DNA of 64,000 nucleotides from an uncultured Candidatus Binatia bacterium (GTDB lineage Bacteria; Desulfobacterota; Binatia; Bin18): NCBI GenBank assembly GCA_965200965.1, contig OZ241744.1:544001-608000 (forward strand). The letters run 5' to 3'. The translations under genes were made by a program, and so were the position numbers. This document shows, in pieces, positions 28,977 through 38,497 of the stretch. The notes below the pieces were generated by a model that worked only from the letters and a program-made list of their open reading frames with translations, made no database searches and was not told where the DNA came from. The stretch's first letter is position 1; the number at the start of each line of letters is the position of its first letter.

Positions 28977-29698
28977 CTAGCCCTGGCGTATCCCGGTGCT
29001 TCTCTGGTGCCGGCGCAGAATTGGAATCGCGTTGATATTCATCTCCCGCAGCAAATCCCAGTAAATGCCGCGCGGGCGGGGGTAGATGGAGCGCGTGGCA
29101 ATGATGTCTTTGGGTGTCACAATAAAATCAACCGGCACGTCGTGGGGCAACATCGGGATTTTGGACACCATAAGCTGGAGCGGATGGATGGTGCTCATAA
29201 TCGGCGTGAGTTCCCGCACTTGGCCTGCATAGCGCAGCAGAGCGTACTCCGGGTCGGCAAATCTCCCTCCCACCCCGAGCCGTCCCCGTCGCGGCCAGCC
29301 GCGACCGAGCCACACACGATAAGGTCAATGTGGCGCATTTCACGCGGGGCCACCAGACGCCCATATTTCAGCGCGCCGCGCAGGCTGTTGACCAGCGGGC
29401 ACCGGCTGCCGAGCCGTTGAGGGTCAAGCTCAATAAAACATTGCCCGGATTTGAGGCGGGGAACGGCCAGATACAAGAGCTTGCCGTCGGTCAGCGCCAC
29501 CCGTCGTACCGGCAGTTGAGGCGCGTCGGCGTTGATCTTGACGGCCCGCGCCTTGTGCCATACTGTCAACTCTTGCAGCAGGTGGGCGGCGGCCTCAGCG
29601 CCGGTAAAATGCGGAATACGGTTCTCGGCTCCGGGAAACCGGCTGACCTGTTGATTGCTCAACAGCTGCCAGATCGCGCGACGCATGTCGGCCTTCAT
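28977..29698 (-). pseudogene. 5-formyltetrahydrofolate cyclo-ligase (archaeal/MTHFSD type), frameshifted
   Basis: RIPHFTGA, KINADAPQLPVR, VPRL and GSVA in one frame; GRLGVGGRFADPEYALL and HDVPVDFIVTP in another. Shift at the C4 run 29284-29287. Confidence 0.75.
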
Positions 29699-29972
29699 CG
29701 CTGCCCGCTGGGTATGCTGCCTCGGATCGTGCATCCGCCCGTGTCTCACCCTGAGGCCCATGCCTCACTCTACCTGCTGCGCCTTCACGGATGGCCGAGA
29801 TGGCCAACGCGAAGGCAAACGCCCATAAAGACCATACACCATCAGAAAAAACAATACGCGGCGAGTTGGTAGGGGCAAGCGCGGGCCGGAGTTGGGTTCC
29901 TCAGACGAGCCGAGTTGAGAATTTGTGACAGACCTTTTATACAGAGGCGATACCTGTCCAGAAGGAGGAAGA

Positions 29973-30266
29973 ATGGCGTCCAAAAGCGCACGGGCTGAAC
30001 TCAGCGACCCGGGTCTCAGAAAAATAGAACGCTCCCTCAGGCTTTTAACCTGGCAGATGTTTGGCGTGATCGCTCTGCTCGTGGTGTGCCTGGTCAGCTG
30101 GCTGCTGCGCCCACAGCCTGGTCGGTATCAGTATATTGGAGAGCGGGGCAAGCTTATTGTTGTTGATACGGGCCTGCCGGCTGCCCTGACCTATGAATTA
30201 GAGGCCCAAGCGGTTCGTGTTGACGAAAAAGACGCTCCCCCCGTGATGGAGGAGGGAGCGGAGTAG
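29973..30266 (+). CDS. Small single-TM hypothetical protein
   Basis: AGGAGG RBS, one hydrophobic helix followed by PGRYQY. Confidence 0.55.
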   Translation: MASKSARAELSDPGLRKIERSLRLLTWQMFGVIALLVVCLVSWLLRPQPGRYQYIGERGKLIVVDTGLPAALTYELEAQAVRVDEKDAPPVMEEGAE

Positions 30267-30301
30267 GCCACGTTCGCGCGCCTGAGAGGAAAGGAGACGC
30301 T

Positions 30302-31273
30302 ATGGCCGGTCAATTTCGTCTGGGGGTCGTATTGTCAACGGCGACCGAAGCCCCGCCAAAGGAGTTTGTCGAGTTGGGCAAGTTGGCCGAAGACCGAGGC
30401 TTTGCCGCCCTGTTGGTGAATGAGGGGCGCGGGGACGCTCTGGCCTGTGCTGAGGCAATTGCGCTGGCGACTTCTCGGATACAGGTCGGGACCAATATTG
30501 CCAATATCTACTTCCGTCACCCGTTTCTGGCCGCCATGACGGCCTGGACGATCGCCGAGCTGTCGGACGGCCGCCTCGTGTTGGGGCTGGGGGTGAGTCA
30601 CCGTCCGCTGATTGAATCGCTGGGCATGAAGATGGATCAGCCCCGGGCGTATATGCGCTCCTATGTGCAGACGCTCAAGAAAGCGCTCGGCGGAGAGTCA
30701 ACTGGCGCATTTTTTCGGCCCCGCGCGTCCCAACATCACGTCCCGGTCTATGTTGCCTCGGTGACGGCCGAGACTGCTGCGGTTGGCGGTGAGGAAGCCG
30801 ACGGCATTATGCCCTTTCTCCCCGCCCGGACGTATCTGCCGACCCTGCTTGAGGCGGCCAGGGCCGCGGCTCAGCGGGTCGGCAAAGCGCCCGATCATCT
30901 CGACTGTATTGTCAGTATTCCGACTTTTCTCTCTGAGGATATCGAGCAGGCACGTTCTGCGGCCCGCTATAATCTGGCCTTTTTTGCCCAGTTGCCCTTT
31001 TATCGGCTGCAATGGCGGCGGTGCGGGTTTGTTGATGAGGTCAACGCCATGCAACAGGTCTGGCAAACCAGAGACCGCAAAGCCGCCGCGGCCGTGGTGT
31101 CGGACCGGATGGTTGAGCAGGTGTGTGTGTTTGGCCCGCCGAGCAGGTGCCGTGAGCAGTTGGCCGCCTTTCATGAGGCCGGGGCCGGGATGCCCGTGCT
31201 GGCGGTGAGTCCGGTCAACGAGGATCGGCTGGTTGCGACGCGCAAAGCCCTTGACCTGTTGGCCCCACAATAA
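30302..31273 (+). CDS. LLM-class flavin-dependent oxidoreductase
   Basis: LAEDRGF, IALATSRIQVGTNI, ELSDGRLVLGLG, ADG. Confidence 0.9.
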   Translation: MAGQFRLGVVLSTATEAPPKEFVELGKLAEDRGFAALLVNEGRGDALACAEAIALATSRIQVGTNIANIYFRHPFLAAMTAWTIAELSDGRLVLGLGVSHRPLIESLGMKMDQPRAYMRSYVQTLKKALGGESTGAFFRPRASQHHVPVYVASVTAETAAVGGEEADGIMPFLPARTYLPTLLEAARAAAQRVGKAPDHLDCIVSIPTFLSEDIEQARSAARYNLAFFAQLPFYRLQWRRCGFVDEVNAMQQVWQTRDRKAAAAVVSDRMVEQVCVFGPPSRCREQLAAFHEAGAGMPVLAVSPVNEDRLVATRKALDLLAPQ

Positions 31274-31296
31274 GGGTGCAGTGGAAAGGAGATATT

Positions 31297-31650
31297 ATGA
31301 AAGTCACGCGTCTCTACACTGGTGCGGATAATCAGTCCCATTTTGAGGACCTGGATGTTGAACTGAAAGACGGCGGCCCGGGCGGGCAGATGTCCTCCCT
31401 GGTGTCGGCCAAGGGGGTCATCTTCCGCGAGAACTCGGGCGATTACAGCTTTGACTGGCACAACGCGCCCCGCCGCCAGTATGTGGTCACGCTTGAGGGG
31501 GAGGTGGAAATCGAGATTGGCGACGGCACCAAGCGCATCTTGGGCAGCGGGGAAATCCTGCTGGCCGAAGATACGACCGGCCAGGGTCATATCAGCCGGG
31601 CGGTCAATGGTCAGCCACGCACGTCGCTGATTATTCCTCTGGAAGACTGA
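31297..31650 (+). CDS. Cupin-domain protein
   Basis: SHFED, WHNAPRRQYVVTLEG, LAEDTTGQGH. Confidence 0.8.
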   Translation: MKVTRLYTGADNQSHFEDLDVELKDGGPGGQMSSLVSAKGVIFRENSGDYSFDWHNAPRRQYVVTLEGEVEIEIGDGTKRILGSGEILLAEDTTGQGHISRAVNGQPRTSLIIPLED

Positions 31651-31660
31651 AACACGGATC

Positions 31661-31760
31661 ATGCCGCTACGGCATGATGCACGGCCGTTTTCAGCCGTTT
31701 CATACGGGGCATGTGGAATACGCGCCGTTCGCATCTGATTATCGGCATTGCCAACTTTTT
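31661..31760 (+). pseudogene. 5' fragment of a nucleotidyltransferase (NadM-like, HxGH)
   Basis: GMMHGRFQPFHTGHVEYA followed in a shifted frame by HLIIGIAN, then truncated before the mutM 3' end. Confidence 0.6.
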
Positions 31761-31791
31761 TCCCTGCATCCCCCCCTGACAATACGCAATA

Positions 31792-32643
31792 TCAGCCGAC
31801 CGCGGTTTGACAAGTCGGGCAAAAGTGTGTGCTGCGCTGGCCAACGAGGATGCGTTCGATCCTGGTTTTGCAGCGGCGACATGGCTTGTCGGTCTGGCCG
31901 TAGACCCGAAAATGATCCTGATATTTACCCTCTGGGTACACCCAATCAATAGCCGCTCCGCCGTGTGTAATGCCGTCTCTGAGGGCGGCCCGGACGGCTC
32001 GACGCAGCGCGGCAATTTCTGCGTCTTGCAGACTGTTTGCTCGGCGCAGTGGATGCAGCCTTGCCCGCCACAGGGCTTCGTCGGCATAAATGTTGCCTAT
32101 GCCGGCGAGAAACGATTGGTTGAGGAGCAGGGCTTTGAGACCGCCGGATTTGTTTGCCAGCAGCCGGCGCAGGACTTTCAGGCTGAAGGCATCTGCCAGT
32201 GGCTCGGGGCCGAGATGGCCGGTGACTTCGTTGAGATCATTGACCAGGTACACCCGGCCAAATTTGCGTGCGTCATTGAAGCGCAGCTCATAACCGTTAT
32301 CCAGGGTACAGGTAAAGTGGACGTGTTTTTCGCGTGGAAAGTCGGCTTCGAGAACATGCAGGCGACCGCTCATTTTCAGATGAATGAGCAGGTAGCGCGC
32401 CGAGGCCGAAGAACTCAGGCCGAAGACCAGATACTTGCCGCGCCGGCCAATCGAGTCAAGGCGATGGCCGGGCAAGGTTTGGAGGAGCGTGTCTGCCGAC
32501 GGGCGGGCGGCGCGTGGCCAGTCCAGCCACACCGCCGTGATGGCGCGGCCCAGCGGGGTCGGGTAGGGCGGGAAGCCCGGTTCGAGCGCGTGGCCCTGGC
32601 GCAGCTTGCGGGCGATGGTTTCAACTTCTGGCAGTTCCGGCAT
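31792..32643 (-). CDS. mutM: Formamidopyrimidine-DNA glycosylase
   Basis: MPELPEVE, RRGKYL, HLKMSG, GIGNIYADE, CRRC...CPTC zinc finger. Confidence 0.95.
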   Translation of the reverse strand: MPELPEVETIARKLRQGHALEPGFPPYPTPLGRAITAVWLDWPRAARPSADTLLQTLPGHRLDSIGRRGKYLVFGLSSSASARYLLIHLKMSGRLHVLEADFPREKHVHFTCTLDNGYELRFNDARKFGRVYLVNDLNEVTGHLGPEPLADAFSLKVLRRLLANKSGGLKALLLNQSFLAGIGNIYADEALWRARLHPLRRANSLQDAEIAALRRAVRAALRDGITHGGAAIDWVYPEGKYQDHFRVYGQTDKPCRRCKTRIERILVGQRSTHFCPTCQTAVG

Positions 32644-32747
32644 AGGCGGCGCGGATTGTAGTTGAAACCGGTCCGGGCGGCTAGCGTCTGTTTGCGCCAC
32701 CGACAAAAACTTGATAGGCGACGATACCGAACAGGAGGGCAGCGAAC

Positions 32748-33101
32748 ATGGCGGTCAAGAAATTCTCCAGCGCGTATTATGTGGTCAAGGACATGGACAA
32801 GGCGGTCGGCTTCTACCGGGACATCCTGGGGCTGAATATCAAATTTCGGGACGGCGACCGCTGGACGCAGTTTGATGTGAACGGGGTAGCCGTGGCGCTG
32901 GCCGACCCCAGCCAAGGAACCGTGCCGCCAGGCGGTGGTGGCACGGTGGTGCTGGAGGTTGACGATCTGGGGGAAATGCGGGACAGGCTGACCCGGAACG
33001 GCGTCGCGGTGAACGATATTGTCGATATGGGCGGCCACGGCCGCTATTTCACCGCAACCGACCCGGCCGGCAACATTGTACAGATTTTTGCCAAGTCGTA
33101 G
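32748..33101 (+). CDS. VOC / glyoxalase family protein
   Basis: VKDMDKAVGFYRDILGL, EVDDL, DPAGN. GGAGG RBS. Confidence 0.85.
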   Translation: MAVKKFSSAYYVVKDMDKAVGFYRDILGLNIKFRDGDRWTQFDVNGVAVALADPSQGTVPPGGGGTVVLEVDDLGEMRDRLTRNGVAVNDIVDMGGHGRYFTATDPAGNIVQIFAKS

Positions 33102-33118
33102 CGACGGAGGAGAATTAA

Positions 33119-33457
33119 ATGGCTCGGACTCTGAAGCGTGCGGGAATCACTGTGGCGGTCGTCTTTCCAGGGCTGGCCCTTGTCCCTCCTCCCCCAAGTC
33201 CTGAGGAGCAGGGAACCATAGTAAGCGGTATTGCCTTCGTTGTGGCAGGTCTTGTGATGGCGATTGCGGCGGGCGTGTCATTTACGCGGCCTGTCCCCAT
33301 TATCTGGCTGACAACCAAAGGACAAACAGCCTGGAAGAGCGTCGCTGTGGGGGCTCTCCTCCTGATGATCTTATCAATGGGGCTCACAATCTCAAGAGCT
33401 GGCGGCTTCCAACTCCACCACCTCGTGCCCGAAGACGTGAAGGCCTTCATTCGGTGA
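33119..33457 (+). CDS. Small multi-TM hypothetical protein
   Basis: GGAGGAG RBS, 2-3 hydrophobic segments. 3' end overlaps the convergent HEPN gene. Confidence 0.45.
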   Translation: MARTLKRAGITVAVVFPGLALVPPPPSPEEQGTIVSGIAFVVAGLVMAIAAGVSFTRPVPIIWLTTKGQTAWKSVAVGALLLMILSMGLTISRAGGFQLHHLVPEDVKAFIR

Positions 33458-33977
33458 ACTTCTGAAGAGCGTCCGGGAACCATTCGACGAATCTCTTTGC
33501 GTCTTCATAGAGCTTGTATATTTCTTCGGATGTCTTCTCAAGCGAAAAGGTGACAAAATCCCCATGAATAAGGCGGTTTCTGCCCGAGCCGATTTCCAAG
33601 AATGCGTGAATGGAATCTCCCAGAGAGGCGTCCCTCGCCACTTCCGTCTTCATACGTTCCTTGAAAGTTCTCCCGAATAAACTGAAGAAGCTGTTGGCGT
33701 TCCTTGCGTTCTACTCAAACCAAGTGTGGTATTGGCGGCTCACCACCTTGTTTTTGATAAGCCATGTCAGGGGATGGTCTTCTGCGATAGCGCGCTTCGT
33801 AAATTCGAGCACCGAATCTGTCATCATCCGCTCAAAATGACTTGCAACAGCTATGAGCAACGCCTTCCTGAAGTTGTCCTCTGCAACACTGCGCAGCGAG
33901 ACATTCTTCGTGTCTTCTAAGGCTGTAAGGATATCTGAGAATTCATTGTACAGGCGATCGATAGCCGTCGCGCTCAT
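33447..33977 (-). pseudogene. HEPN-domain RNase (RiboL-PSP / MAE_28990-like) with in-frame TAG
   Basis: ORFs 33711-34004 and 33447-33653 share a frame: ...LLIAVASHFE...RQYHTWFE*NARNANSFFSLFG...GSGRNRLIHGDF. RxxxxH motif is present after the stop at 33711-33713. Confidence 0.78.
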
Positions 33978-33991
33978 AATACCCGTGCCTC

Positions 33992-35173
33992 CTACGGGAT
34001 GCACAAAATCGCGCGCGCTCTGTTCAGCCTTTTCTCGACATTTGTCTTTTGCGTTGTGCCCTCTTGGGACGCTTCAACAAACTCCGGGTCCGTTTCTAGC
34101 GTTCCCATCCGCTCAGCGTCCAGTTCATACACAGTGGTGCTGTGACCGTCAAACGCCTTCTTGCAGACGGACGTAAAAACTGCCTCGTAGAGCGCAATGT
34201 TGAAGCGCCTGTTTTTTTTATTGATGAAAGCGCCTTCCGGCAAATCGGTACAGGCATCAAGGAATGACATGAAGAGTTGTCGGAGGTAGGTATTCTGCTC
34301 AGGTTTGTGCGTTTCGCATTTCTTGGAGAATTGGTTCAGGAACCTGACCATTGATGGCGCGTAATTTGCGCCGTCCACCAGCATGGCAAACCCGCGCAGC
34401 AAGATTTCAATGTCCTTCATATGGAGGTCTGGTTGGCGTGCTTGTAGAATCTTCCGCCACCCCTCTTCGGTATTGATGGAGAAGAGCATTTTGTAGAATT
34501 CGGAATGATACATGCTGGTACGAATTTCCTGTGGCCTCACGTTTATCCCGCCTGAATTCAGCCTGTCGAAGATCTCATACATTGAGGAGTCGTCGTCCGA
34601 GGGCGCATTCTGCTTGACGACGATATTACGGATCGTTTTAAGGTTGAATGAGGTTCTGCGCTCCTCTCCAAGCGTCTCATAATTCAGGCCCCTGAATTTG
34701 TTCGCATGGTCAGGAAGCTTTTCAGACAACTTGAGATTGAACGTCTGAAAATACCTGTCGTCGTATAAAATTTCCTCTGGAATGCGTCTCTTACGATCGA
34801 AAATTGTGCGAAGTTCCGCCCGTCTTTCTTTTTTGGGAAATCGCTTTTTGACAAAATAGTAGATCGACATCAGGCGTTGCTGGCCATCTATGACAAGCAA
34901 TTTGTTGCGAGCCTGTTCGTAAAGAAAAATTTGTGGGACTGGCAGGCCGAGGATGAGCGATTCGATCAGCTTGGACGAACGGCCCAAATCCCAGACGAAG
35001 TTACGCTGGAAACCGGGGATGCCCACTACGCCGGACTCCATAAAACTCTGCAGCGTTAGGACATTAAAATCGTTAGGCACGGCTGTTATGTCATACTCTT
35101 TTACCCACAATTCGTCCGCCTTATCCGCGTAATCGTCAAAGTCAAACCAAGCTGATTGTCCATTGTCGTCCAT
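33992..35173 (-). CDS. DUF262 (GmrS / ParB-Srx-like NTPase) domain protein
   Basis: PGFQRNFVW, LIESLILGLPVP, VIDGQQRL, IFDRLNSGG, QEIR. AT-rich. Confidence 0.9.
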   Translation of the reverse strand: MDDNGQSAWFDFDDYADKADELWVKEYDITAVPNDFNVLTLQSFMESGVVGIPGFQRNFVWDLGRSSKLIESLILGLPVPQIFLYEQARNKLLVIDGQQRLMSIYYFVKKRFPKKERRAELRTIFDRKRRIPEEILYDDRYFQTFNLKLSEKLPDHANKFRGLNYETLGEERRTSFNLKTIRNIVVKQNAPSDDDSSMYEIFDRLNSGGINVRPQEIRTSMYHSEFYKMLFSINTEEGWRKILQARQPDLHMKDIEILLRGFAMLVDGANYAPSMVRFLNQFSKKCETHKPEQNTYLRQLFMSFLDACTDLPEGAFINKKNRRFNIALYEAVFTSVCKKAFDGHSTTVYELDAERMGTLETDPEFVEASQEGTTQKTNVEKRLNRARAILCIP

Positions 35174-35373
35174 CGCGCTTCTCCCCATTGACACTGATCT
35201 CGCTGGAGTGCTGTTCTGTACATACCAGCTTAGCATCTGGACACGATAACAACAATAGCGGAGGGGGCATGGTGGGGTAGAGAAAAGCAGGTCTCCCTCG
35301 CTCTTATCTGGCTACTGCCGGCCGCCGAAATCTACTATGGAGCAGCAAGCCCGTCTGTACAGGAGGAGAGGGT

Positions 35374-36432
35374 ATGCAGCACTTGTGGTCGAACTGGATG
35401 AAGACCGTTGCCATACTGGTGAGCGGTGTTGTCTGCTCGGCGTTTGCCGTCAACGCTCAGCAGGACAAACCGATCTGGCAGTGGACACCCGAGGAGATGA
35501 AAGCCCATGTGAGGACGGTCAGGAGTGGCAAGGACCTCACCCCCGAGCAGTGGCCCGGGGGCGCAAGGGTGGCGGTCAGCCTCTCGTTTGACTTTGATAC
35601 CGAGCCGGTGTGGCTCAGCTTTCAGGGCAACCGCGGCCCGTCGTATATGTCGCGTGGTGAGTATGGGGCGCGGGCCGGGCTGCCGCGCATTCTGAAGTTG
35701 CTTGACAAGCACGACATTCCGGCCACGTTTTTTATCCCCGCGGCCTCTATGGTGCTGCACCCCGCGGCGGTCCAAACCATCCTTGATCGCCCCCAGCACG
35801 AGATCGGTCTGCACTCCTACATTCATGAGAGCCCCCTGGGTCTGAGCGAAGACCAAGAGCGTGAGGTCTACACCAAGGCGATGGACATTTTTGTCCAGAC
35901 GGTCGGCAGGCGGCCGGTTGGCTTTCGGTCCGCGGCCTGGGACCTCACCCCGGCGACGATTAAAATTATCAAAGAAATGGGCTTTTTGTACGACAGTAGC
36001 ATGATGGCGGATGATCGTCCGTACAGCCTCATGTCTGACGGGGAAGAGTCCGGGCTGATCGAGCTGCCGATTGAGTGGATTCTGGATGACTGGCCGTATT
36101 TTCAGCTTAGTTGGAGCACCCGGCATGTGGGGCTGCGCAGCGCGGACGAGGTCTATTCGATCTGGTCCGCCGAGTTTGACGGCGCGTATGAAGAGGGTAC
36201 GCTGTATATGCTGGTGGCCCATCCCCAGGTCATTGGCCATCGCTATCGGATGCAGATGCTGGAGCGGCTGGTTGCGTACATGAAGAGCAAGCCGGGCGTG
36301 TGGTTTGCCACCCACGAGCAAATTGCGCGCTATGTGCAGGAGCAGGCCGCGGAACACCAGGCTGAAGGCCGCTTCCCCCTCAGTGTCTCCTTGACAATGG
36401 GCGATTGTCTGACGTATGAGACTTCAGAATGA
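35374..36432 (+). CDS. Polysaccharide deacetylase (CE4, PuuE/HpPgdA-like), exported
   Basis: Signal peptide, WPGGARVAVSLSFDFD, ATFFIP, HEIGLHSYIHE, YDSS, HPQVIG. Confidence 0.85.
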   Translation: MQHLWSNWMKTVAILVSGVVCSAFAVNAQQDKPIWQWTPEEMKAHVRTVRSGKDLTPEQWPGGARVAVSLSFDFDTEPVWLSFQGNRGPSYMSRGEYGARAGLPRILKLLDKHDIPATFFIPAASMVLHPAAVQTILDRPQHEIGLHSYIHESPLGLSEDQEREVYTKAMDIFVQTVGRRPVGFRSAAWDLTPATIKIIKEMGFLYDSSMMADDRPYSLMSDGEESGLIELPIEWILDDWPYFQLSWSTRHVGLRSADEVYSIWSAEFDGAYEEGTLYMLVAHPQVIGHRYRMQMLERLVAYMKSKPGVWFATHEQIARYVQEQAAEHQAEGRFPLSVSLTMGDCLTYETSE

Positions 36433-36444
36433 ACACTCACTCAG
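36391..36444 (+). promoter_or_regulatory. Putative promoter (-35 TTGACA) and TetR operator
   Basis: TTGACA at 36391, GACAAT-N5-ATTGTC palindrome, and GAATGA-N4-TCACTC imperfect palindrome at 36427-36442 upstream of the TetR GTG. Confidence 0.5.
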
Positions 36445-36478
36445 CATATGCTTGCTCCAGCCGGAAAGGAACACGCGA

Positions 36479-37213
36479 GTGAAAGGTCAAGTCCTGCGCA
36501 AAAAACGAAGACAAGCCTCCCAGGTGACAGACGGGAAACGCCTGATTGAGGGCAAGGAGCGAATCGCCTCCGCCGCCGCGGCCCTCTTTTCGAGTAACGG
36601 CTACCACAATACCAGCGTTCGAGAGATTGCCCAGAAAGCTGGGCTGAGCGTTGGCTCTGTTTTTAACTACTTCACCAGCAAAGAAGAGGTTCTGTTCTTC
36701 CTGTTCTCCCACAATCAGGAACGGACGGAGGTCGTGCTGCGCGAGCAGCGGGCCGAGTATGAACGGCTCAAAGAGGCCGGGGTTGATCCAAAGCAGTTAT
36801 TCCTGCTCGCCTACGAACGCTATGTGCGCCTCATTGATGAGTTGCGCCGCGATGTGGTCTTGGGCTATCAAGAGATGAAGTCTCTGACGAGCGCCGAACG
36901 CGGACGCCTGTTAGAAGGAGAAGAGCGTATCCAGAGTCTGCTTGAGGAAATTATTGCCTACGGGGTAGAAAAAAAGGCTTTTCCGCCCGGCGACATTGAC
37001 CTGAAAGCGCACTGTTTGCTCATCCTCGCCCAGTCGTGGGCGGTGCGGCACTGGGCCTTGAAGCGTTTTGCCAGAATTGAGGACTATCTCCAGGTGCTGC
37101 AAACGCTGGCTTTGGGACTTTTGGAGAGCGATAGCGCCAGGGTGAACGAGGTCGGGACACTAGACGGAAAGGCAAACGGGTTCTCGACCGATCTGCGAAG
37201 AGCATTCCCGTAG
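36479..37213 (+). CDS. TetR/AcrR family transcriptional regulator
   Basis: LFSSNGYHNTSVREIAQKAGLSVGSVFNYFTSKEEVL HTH. AAGGA RBS before GTG. Confidence 0.9.
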   Translation: MKGQVLRKKRRQASQVTDGKRLIEGKERIASAAAALFSSNGYHNTSVREIAQKAGLSVGSVFNYFTSKEEVLFFLFSHNQERTEVVLREQRAEYERLKEAGVDPKQLFLLAYERYVRLIDELRRDVVLGYQEMKSLTSAERGRLLEGEERIQSLLEEIIAYGVEKKAFPPGDIDLKAHCLLILAQSWAVRHWALKRFARIEDYLQVLQTLALGLLESDSARVNEVGTLDGKANGFSTDLRRAFP

Positions 37214-37248
37214 GATGTCAGTCCGGCGACCGACGAGCTGGGGGCCAT

Positions 37249-38496
37249 ATGCCTGGATTCCTGTTTGATGTGAAAGTCCTGGAGCTTGCCGATGAAAAGG
37301 GCGAGTTCTGCGGGAAGTTGCTGGCCGGGGCTGGGGCCGAGGTGCTGAAGATTGAGCCGCCGGGAGGAAACTCGACCCGTTCCCTGGGCCCGTTCTACCA
37401 CGACGAGGAAAATCCTGACCGGAGTCTGTATTTCTGGCACTACAACTTTGGCAAGCATGGGATCACGCTCGATATCCACACGCCCGAGGGCATCGAACTG
37501 CTCAAAAAGCTGATTGTCGAGTGCGATGTGCTGCTTGATGCGCTGCCGCTCGACACCCTGGAAAAGCTGGGCCTGGACTGGGCCACCCTCCAGCAGCTCA
37601 ACCCTCGCCTGATCTATGCCTGTGTGACCCCTTTTGGCCGCAGTGGCCCGTGGCGCGAGTATAAGGCCAACGATCTGATACATCTGGCCTTGGGCGGGCC
37701 GATGATGTGTTGTGGCTATGATCCCAAGGAGGATGGCAGCTATGACACACCGCCCATTGCGCCCCAGATGTGGCACGCTTATCACATCACCAGCAACCAG
37801 ACGTTTATTGCTATTGTCGGCGCGTTGATCGGCCGGGAAACCCACGGCAACGGGGATATGATAGAGGTCGCCGTCCACCAGGCGGTCAGTGTGTGTACCG
37901 AAATCGATGTGCCAAACTGGATCTACAATCAGACCGCGTGTTATCGCCAGACGGGTCGGCACGCCCAACCGGCCGTTGGACCGGCCGTCCAGTTCCCGAC
38001 CAAAGACGGGCGCTATTCCATCATTCTGCCTAACCCGTTTCCGGGGGGCTACGAGACCCTGGTCAATTTTCTGGACAGTACCGGTCAGGCCGCGGATTTG
38101 AAGAGCGAGGCGTATCAGGACCCCGCGAATCGGCGAGGGCGCGCGTTTGCCGAACATTTTTCCGAGGTGCAGGTCGGTTGTGTGGCGGCGTTTGGGATGG
38201 AGGAGATTTGGCGTGGGGCCCAGTCGCTCGGCATTCCGTGGTCGCCGATTCGGAAACCCGAGGAGAACGTTGACGACGAGCAGTGGCAGATGCGCGAAAC
38301 TTTCTGCGAGGTGAACCATCCCGAGCTGGACGAGACCGTGACCTATATCGGCGCGCCCACGCTGACACACGAGGTCGAGTGGCGTACCGGACCGCGCGCG
38401 CCGCTAGTCGGTGAGCACAACGACGAGGTGTACGGCGGGCAACTCGGACTGGGAGCACACGAGATTGCGCGGCTCAAGGAACGAAAGGTCATTTAA
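37249..38496 (+). CDS. CaiB/BaiF CoA-transferase, probable non-catalytic subunit
   Basis: GKLLAGAGAEVLKIEPPGG, YNFGKHGITLDI, RAPLVGEHN. WHAYH occupies the site where paralogues have the catalytic Asp. Confidence 0.88.
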   Translation: MPGFLFDVKVLELADEKGEFCGKLLAGAGAEVLKIEPPGGNSTRSLGPFYHDEENPDRSLYFWHYNFGKHGITLDIHTPEGIELLKKLIVECDVLLDALPLDTLEKLGLDWATLQQLNPRLIYACVTPFGRSGPWREYKANDLIHLALGGPMMCCGYDPKEDGSYDTPPIAPQMWHAYHITSNQTFIAIVGALIGRETHGNGDMIEVAVHQAVSVCTEIDVPNWIYNQTACYRQTGRHAQPAVGPAVQFPTKDGRYSIILPNPFPGGYETLVNFLDSTGQAADLKSEAYQDPANRRGRAFAEHFSEVQVGCVAAFGMEEIWRGAQSLGIPWSPIRKPEENVDDEQWQMRETFCEVNHPELDETVTYIGAPTLTHEVEWRTGPRAPLVGEHNDEVYGGQLGLGAHEIARLKERKVI

Positions 38497-38497
38497 G

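Noticed and set aside
33447-33977. Alternative genetic code or pyrrolysine explaining the TAG
   Set aside because: TAG is used as a normal stop by many intact genes in the window (for example lon, galU, tolQ, tolB).
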